From Phoronis australis (lineage: Eukaryota; Animalia; Phoronida): 64,000 nucleotides of DNA. A program made the translations under genes and the position numbers. How positions within the stretch are numbered: the stretch's first letter is position 1; the number at the start of each line of letters is the position of its first letter. The stretch is from the NCBI GenBank assembly GCA_002633005.1, contig NMRA01000274.1, positions 507,375 to 571,374 of the forward strand. Reading direction: 5' to 3'. Positions 59,526 to 64,000 of the stretch are shown piece by piece. Below the pieces are notes generated by a model. That model saw nothing but the letters and a program-made list of their open reading frames with translations, did not search any database and was not told the origin of the DNA.

Positions 59526-60016
59526 TCAGGGATGGGTTCACAGTTCACTGAGTTTAGCTGGCCATCAAAATCTACCACTGTTTTGGTACTTCAAGCTTAA
59601 AAATAAATTAACAAAGTAGCAACTTGTTTCCGCCTGCAAGAAAAAACAAGTAGACTGGGGTATTAAAAATAACATAACAAAAAACGGTATGAAACATATT
59701 TAAAACCCACTTTCCTTTGGGAAGTGACCCATTGTCAACAAATTACCATTTTTAATCATTTTGTAATATTTAAAATGCACCAAGTTAAAACTACTTTCCA
59801 CATTGGGGGCTGTAACTCTGTGCAGATGTTAGAGAAAACCTATTTGGGCGTAATAAGAACCATTGTTGAGAAAGTTTAGTGGCAGCAATTACCTTTCCGC
59901 TTCATTAACTTAGATCTACATGAGTACAAAGGGCATGTTGAATAGGTATTGTAAAAGTTGTTTGGGGGCAGAGGGAATCTTAGCCTGATCTGTGTAAGCC
60001 AGTAGTTCTCCACATG
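59526..60016 (-). repeat. Inverted copy of the 45423-45923 repeat
   Basis: See 45423-45923. Confidence 0.8.
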
Positions 60017-63000
60017 ACCATAGTCACATGTTTTGAGCTAGTAATAGCTTTATGGGACATTTTAAAGTCTTGTGATCATGCAGCTGACTAAAGTTAACCT
60101 TATGGTTCCATTTTTTCAAAATGACTACCTGACAAGTTGGCCAAATAAGGTGGTTTTGCTTATTCATGGGACAAAATTTTTAGCAATCTCATTGGTCAAT
60201 ATATATGACATCACAACCTTGTCGCCCAAATAAGTCGGTTTTTGCTATTCACGTGAAAAAATTTTCAACAATCAGAACATGATGTTTTGGACAAGCCATT
60301 TGTTGATTTTGATATGTGCGGGCTCAGTTGTAATGATCTGGCTATTTCAAGTGTAAATCTCTTACAAATGTGCAATTCGAAGTGCTTCAAATATGGCTAG
60401 ACAAAGCACGATTAGAGTGTAGATGACGTACAAGAAGCTAATTGGTGAAACGAAATTATATCTTTACTCTAGTTCAAACCTAGGTGAGAAATCTGGTCCT
60501 CACATGTGTGTGGAAGAAGCAGTGTGGGTCTTAGAAGGAATTTGTACTTTAGTTTTGGTGTCTCAGTGGTCCATGAGGTCTAGAGGATTTCTGAAAAATG
60601 GGAAAAAACAGTCATCATTTGGCCTACTTCCTGTATATATTGATGACTAGAAGTAAAAATTGTGTTTCTGCTTCGGCTGGTCGCATGAATAGCCAACACC
60701 ATTTTATTTTGCATACAAGGTTGCGACACTGTTTTGACTAAAGAGAACGTTGAAATTGTCTGTTGAATAACAAAATACTGGATTGTCCAACAACATTGTG
60801 ATGTCCCTAATTTGAGGCTTTGTTGCCTCAGTAGCGAAAACCTGACCTTGACTGTGATGTTAGCAATAACAGCTTTGAAAAGTTTGCGGTGTGAACAGCA
60901 AAAATCAGATTATTTTTCTTCTTAAGGGGTGTAATGTTACACATATGGACCTCTGAGAATGGTGAATGTGTTGTTGGCTAAATGGCAAAAATGGGTTTAT
61001 TTGGCTGTCTTGTCAGGTAAATAGCATTGACCTTCATTTTTTAGCTAATATTAACTTTTTAAAAAACAGTACACTCAGTTTAATACTGGTCAAACATTCA
61101 AAAAGGTGTCTTGGTGTTGTGGGAGGTTATCTAAATCAGTACTTATTGATTATCGTAATTGTTTATGGTTAAAGTCTATGCAGTCATAATTGGGTTATGC
61201 CAAAACTACCAGCCTCAGACCACAATAAAATAAATTTAGGGAAGAAAATCTGGGTGCAGTTGCAGTAATTGTGCTTTGTTTGTTGTCCAGTTATCAACGT
61301 AATCATGAAAAAAGTATGAATCAAAGTTGAAGAATTAAAAACAAAGGTTTTTACAGAGCTCTCACTGTCTGAAATCTGATTAAATCTAATCTTAATGCTG
61401 GCAAGGTATTCTACACTGTGTAAAAATGTCGCTGGCTAAACGTCATGCAATATACATTTTATACATCAATGTCAAAGTTGTCATGTGATCTACATTATTA
61501 ACATATTAAATGTCATAAAATTTGTTTGAGGTTAGTGCATTCACAGTTGTGCTGATTATTCATACTTGACAGTATTGCTGTTACATTAAGGTATTTAAAG
61601 CATCTTGTTAGGGCAGTTCACGTGAAAAAAATGTTTAATTGAAGAAAGTAAATTTTGATTTAAAGCACTTCCTGTTGTAAAATTGGCCTCAACTTGTTCC
61701 TTGTTCAGATGAGACTTGATTTTGGTCATGCACTGAACTGTGATTTATTTATTGCTTAGTCTCTACCAATGATGAGCTGTCAGTTCTTTCCAAACTCAAA
61801 AATTGTGCCTGTTTTGATTAAGGAACAATTTGAGACCAATTTCACAATGGTAAGTGGTTAAAATCAAAAACTGGTTTTGCGACGGAAGGAACGTAATTGT
61901 AGCCAGTTTAAATGTTTTGCTTAGACACAGATCCAAAAATGTTTCGAGGACAATCATAGGAGGGGGGGGCTTGAGTTTGCTGTTGCAATGGTGTAAAATA
62001 ACTCGCAGGTATTTCACACAAAACATTTGCCAAAGTTTACTTTTCATTTTTTATTTTCAGACACTTAATTCTGTGCAAAAATTCATGCTAAGGGTTTCTG
62101 TTTTGGGATAGATGTACAATGCTGACTATGGCAGTACTTGAAAGTAATTTTTTGGAATGTCTATTTTGCCCTAAAATTCAAAAAAATGATGTAATTTTAA
62201 CGGAAATTTACCAAGATCTTGAAAAAATTTGGTGGCCCGGCACCCCCCAGCTTCCCCCTTGTCTGCCTCAATGGATTTGATAACTGAAGTTATCTTGTGT
62301 TTCCTCGACTGTTGAATAGCTCGCTCCATGAGTGAACTCAGTGCACTATCTGAATCAGTTGTGTGTGCGCTTAGCTTCTGCAGTTCACTTGCACTCTTGA
62401 TGGGTGGTCAGTTATCAACTCACCTGAAGCCAGTGGCAGTTCCTGATATGCAAAATACTTCATTTCTGACTGCAGCACCATCTATTACCTGAGAAAATCG
62501 TGACGGCGGGAGCAGAAGTCATCTTTTCCAAAGCATACTTATGATGGTATTGTTGGTTACAAAGTGGGTTTATTGGTATCATTCTTTAGAAGAAAATTTT
62601 TACTTTTTTATGATACCATTTATGTTTGTGTAAGATAAACAGTTGTTTTGTAATTACCGGGTACTTAGTGAAGTAGACCAAAAATCATGGTTTAGCTACT
62701 TGTCCATTCCTTGTTATCTCTTCTTGATGTCATCATGTGCTTCCAATAACTAATATGTTGATTCTAGTGTGATGCTGTGCGATGAAAAGTAGACTTGGAT
62801 GAGGATAAAGGATTTGACTTTTAATATGTCCTGTCACAAATAGGTTTAGGTAATACCCTACATTTCTGTATCCATGGTTTTCTCTGTGAGGTGATGGCTT
62901 ATGCTGGGTAATTGGTCACAAGAATATATAGTGTATTTATGTAGTTATGTATTACCATGACTAAGTTTACTAGACTATTACCACATGCCCCAGATGTTGA

Positions 63001-63099
63001 CATGGGTATATGCAGCTGCCAAACTGTGTTCATGAAAACTGGAAGTGAATCATCTAAATTATGACTGACATCACGACTTTGAAAGTCCCTTTCCCACGC

Positions 63100-63319
63100 C
63101 AACTCTGTGCTTCTGTGTTCAGGGGAGCACTGCCCCAGAAATCGCTTTCGCATAAGGTTCTCATTCATTCCCTTTCATACACTCACTAGTAAGACCGAGC
63201 TCAGAGTAGTGGGAGACACCTTTGTGCTATGCTCGAGTGCCTGCCAGTTAAGCCAGGATTCGAACCCGGATCTCTGAAAAGTAAGCCCGGAGCTCAAACC
63301 ATTCGGCCACCCTGTCTCC
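63100..63319 (-). mobile_element. tRNA-derived SINE
   Basis: Minus strand GGAGACAGGGTGGCCGAATGG (A box)...GGTTCGAATCC (B box) followed by a non-tRNA body; the 3' end is approximate. Confidence 0.7.
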
Positions 63320-64000
63320 TCTTAAATCTGATCTTGTGTCAAAGTTGACAACTCAAGTTTACTTTGTAGTAAAGATGTAGATATACACAATGAAATGTGG
63401 ATGCATCGCTATGCTGAACTTTAGATATCCGCAGGCATGNTGACTTTTTTGATTTCTGTAATCCTATAACAAATTTTTATTTTTGCACCAGCAAAACTGA
63501 AAATCCGCGAAGAAAATATCTCTCGTACAGCTTCCCATGATCTCCTTCGTCACTAATGTACCAAAACGAATGATATTTGTTCTATTTGGCATTTTGGTCG
63601 ATAGATAATTGCACAATCGAGTAGCGCCTCCTAGAGTCTTTTAACCAAACTGACAGTCACAGATTGGCAGAAAAGTGTGTAAGTGAGTTATGTAAAAAAC
63701 TGACTGCACAAAAACTATGAAAGAGACAAGATTTTTTATTCTTGCGTTGGGCTGAACAAAGACAGCTGTAACAGATGGAAGTTAACTCATGTTCCAAAAA
63801 GATCCGATATAGATTTCGGAGAGTGATAAAAATGCGTAAAAATGGCCTTAATAATAAGCAGTGAAAATGACATTTTTGTAGGCTAAAATGGGAGGACATA
63901 AAAAATCAAAAAATACACCCGAAGTAGTTTTTCTTGTACGTTATTCTTTCTTCTTTCTGCTATATAGTTATTTTTTTATAGCGTGAAGCGATGATGTGTT

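Noticed and set aside
62424-62488. Isolated minus-strand exon-like segment (TTTTCTCAG...CAG|GTGAGT)
   Set aside because: Good splice signals but no partner exons or recognisable product, so it is not supportable as a gene.
63245-63319. tRNA gene
   Set aside because: A and B boxes are present, but the acceptor stem does not pair convincingly and a non-tRNA body follows; treated as a SINE head.

Overview
Eukaryotic, AT-rich metazoan DNA, probably from a marine invertebrate (lophotrochozoan-like); no prokaryotic systems are present. The window holds a tandem cluster of intronless single-cysteine-cluster Toll-like receptor (TLR) genes on the minus strand. TLR-A (11169-13700) is intact with the canonical BB-loop proline. 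TLR-B (29689-32220) is full-length but has BB-loop Pro->Leu. TLR-C (39699-42197) keeps an open signal-LRR-TM frame, but its TIR is destroyed by two frameshifts. Reading splice sites by hand recovers two multi-exon genes the ORF track misses: the 5' part of THADA (minus strand, exons 6330->821, running off the left edge) and a complete 6-exon ARV1 (plus strand, 8169-22507). TLR-A is nested antisense in ARV1 intron 1, and TLR-C lies in a decayed duplicate of the ARV1 locus that still carries an open copy of the last ARV1 exon. Two apparent tandem duplications abut single-N gaps (16138, 25297) and are most likely uncollapsed haplotypes, so the TIR-only ORF at 24880 is probably an artefact. The rest is transposon-rich: Helitron, Penelope, pogo, Kolobok-like, EnSpm-like, MITEs, a SINE and a four-layer nested insertion. 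Protein identifications rest on recalled family sequences, not database searches.
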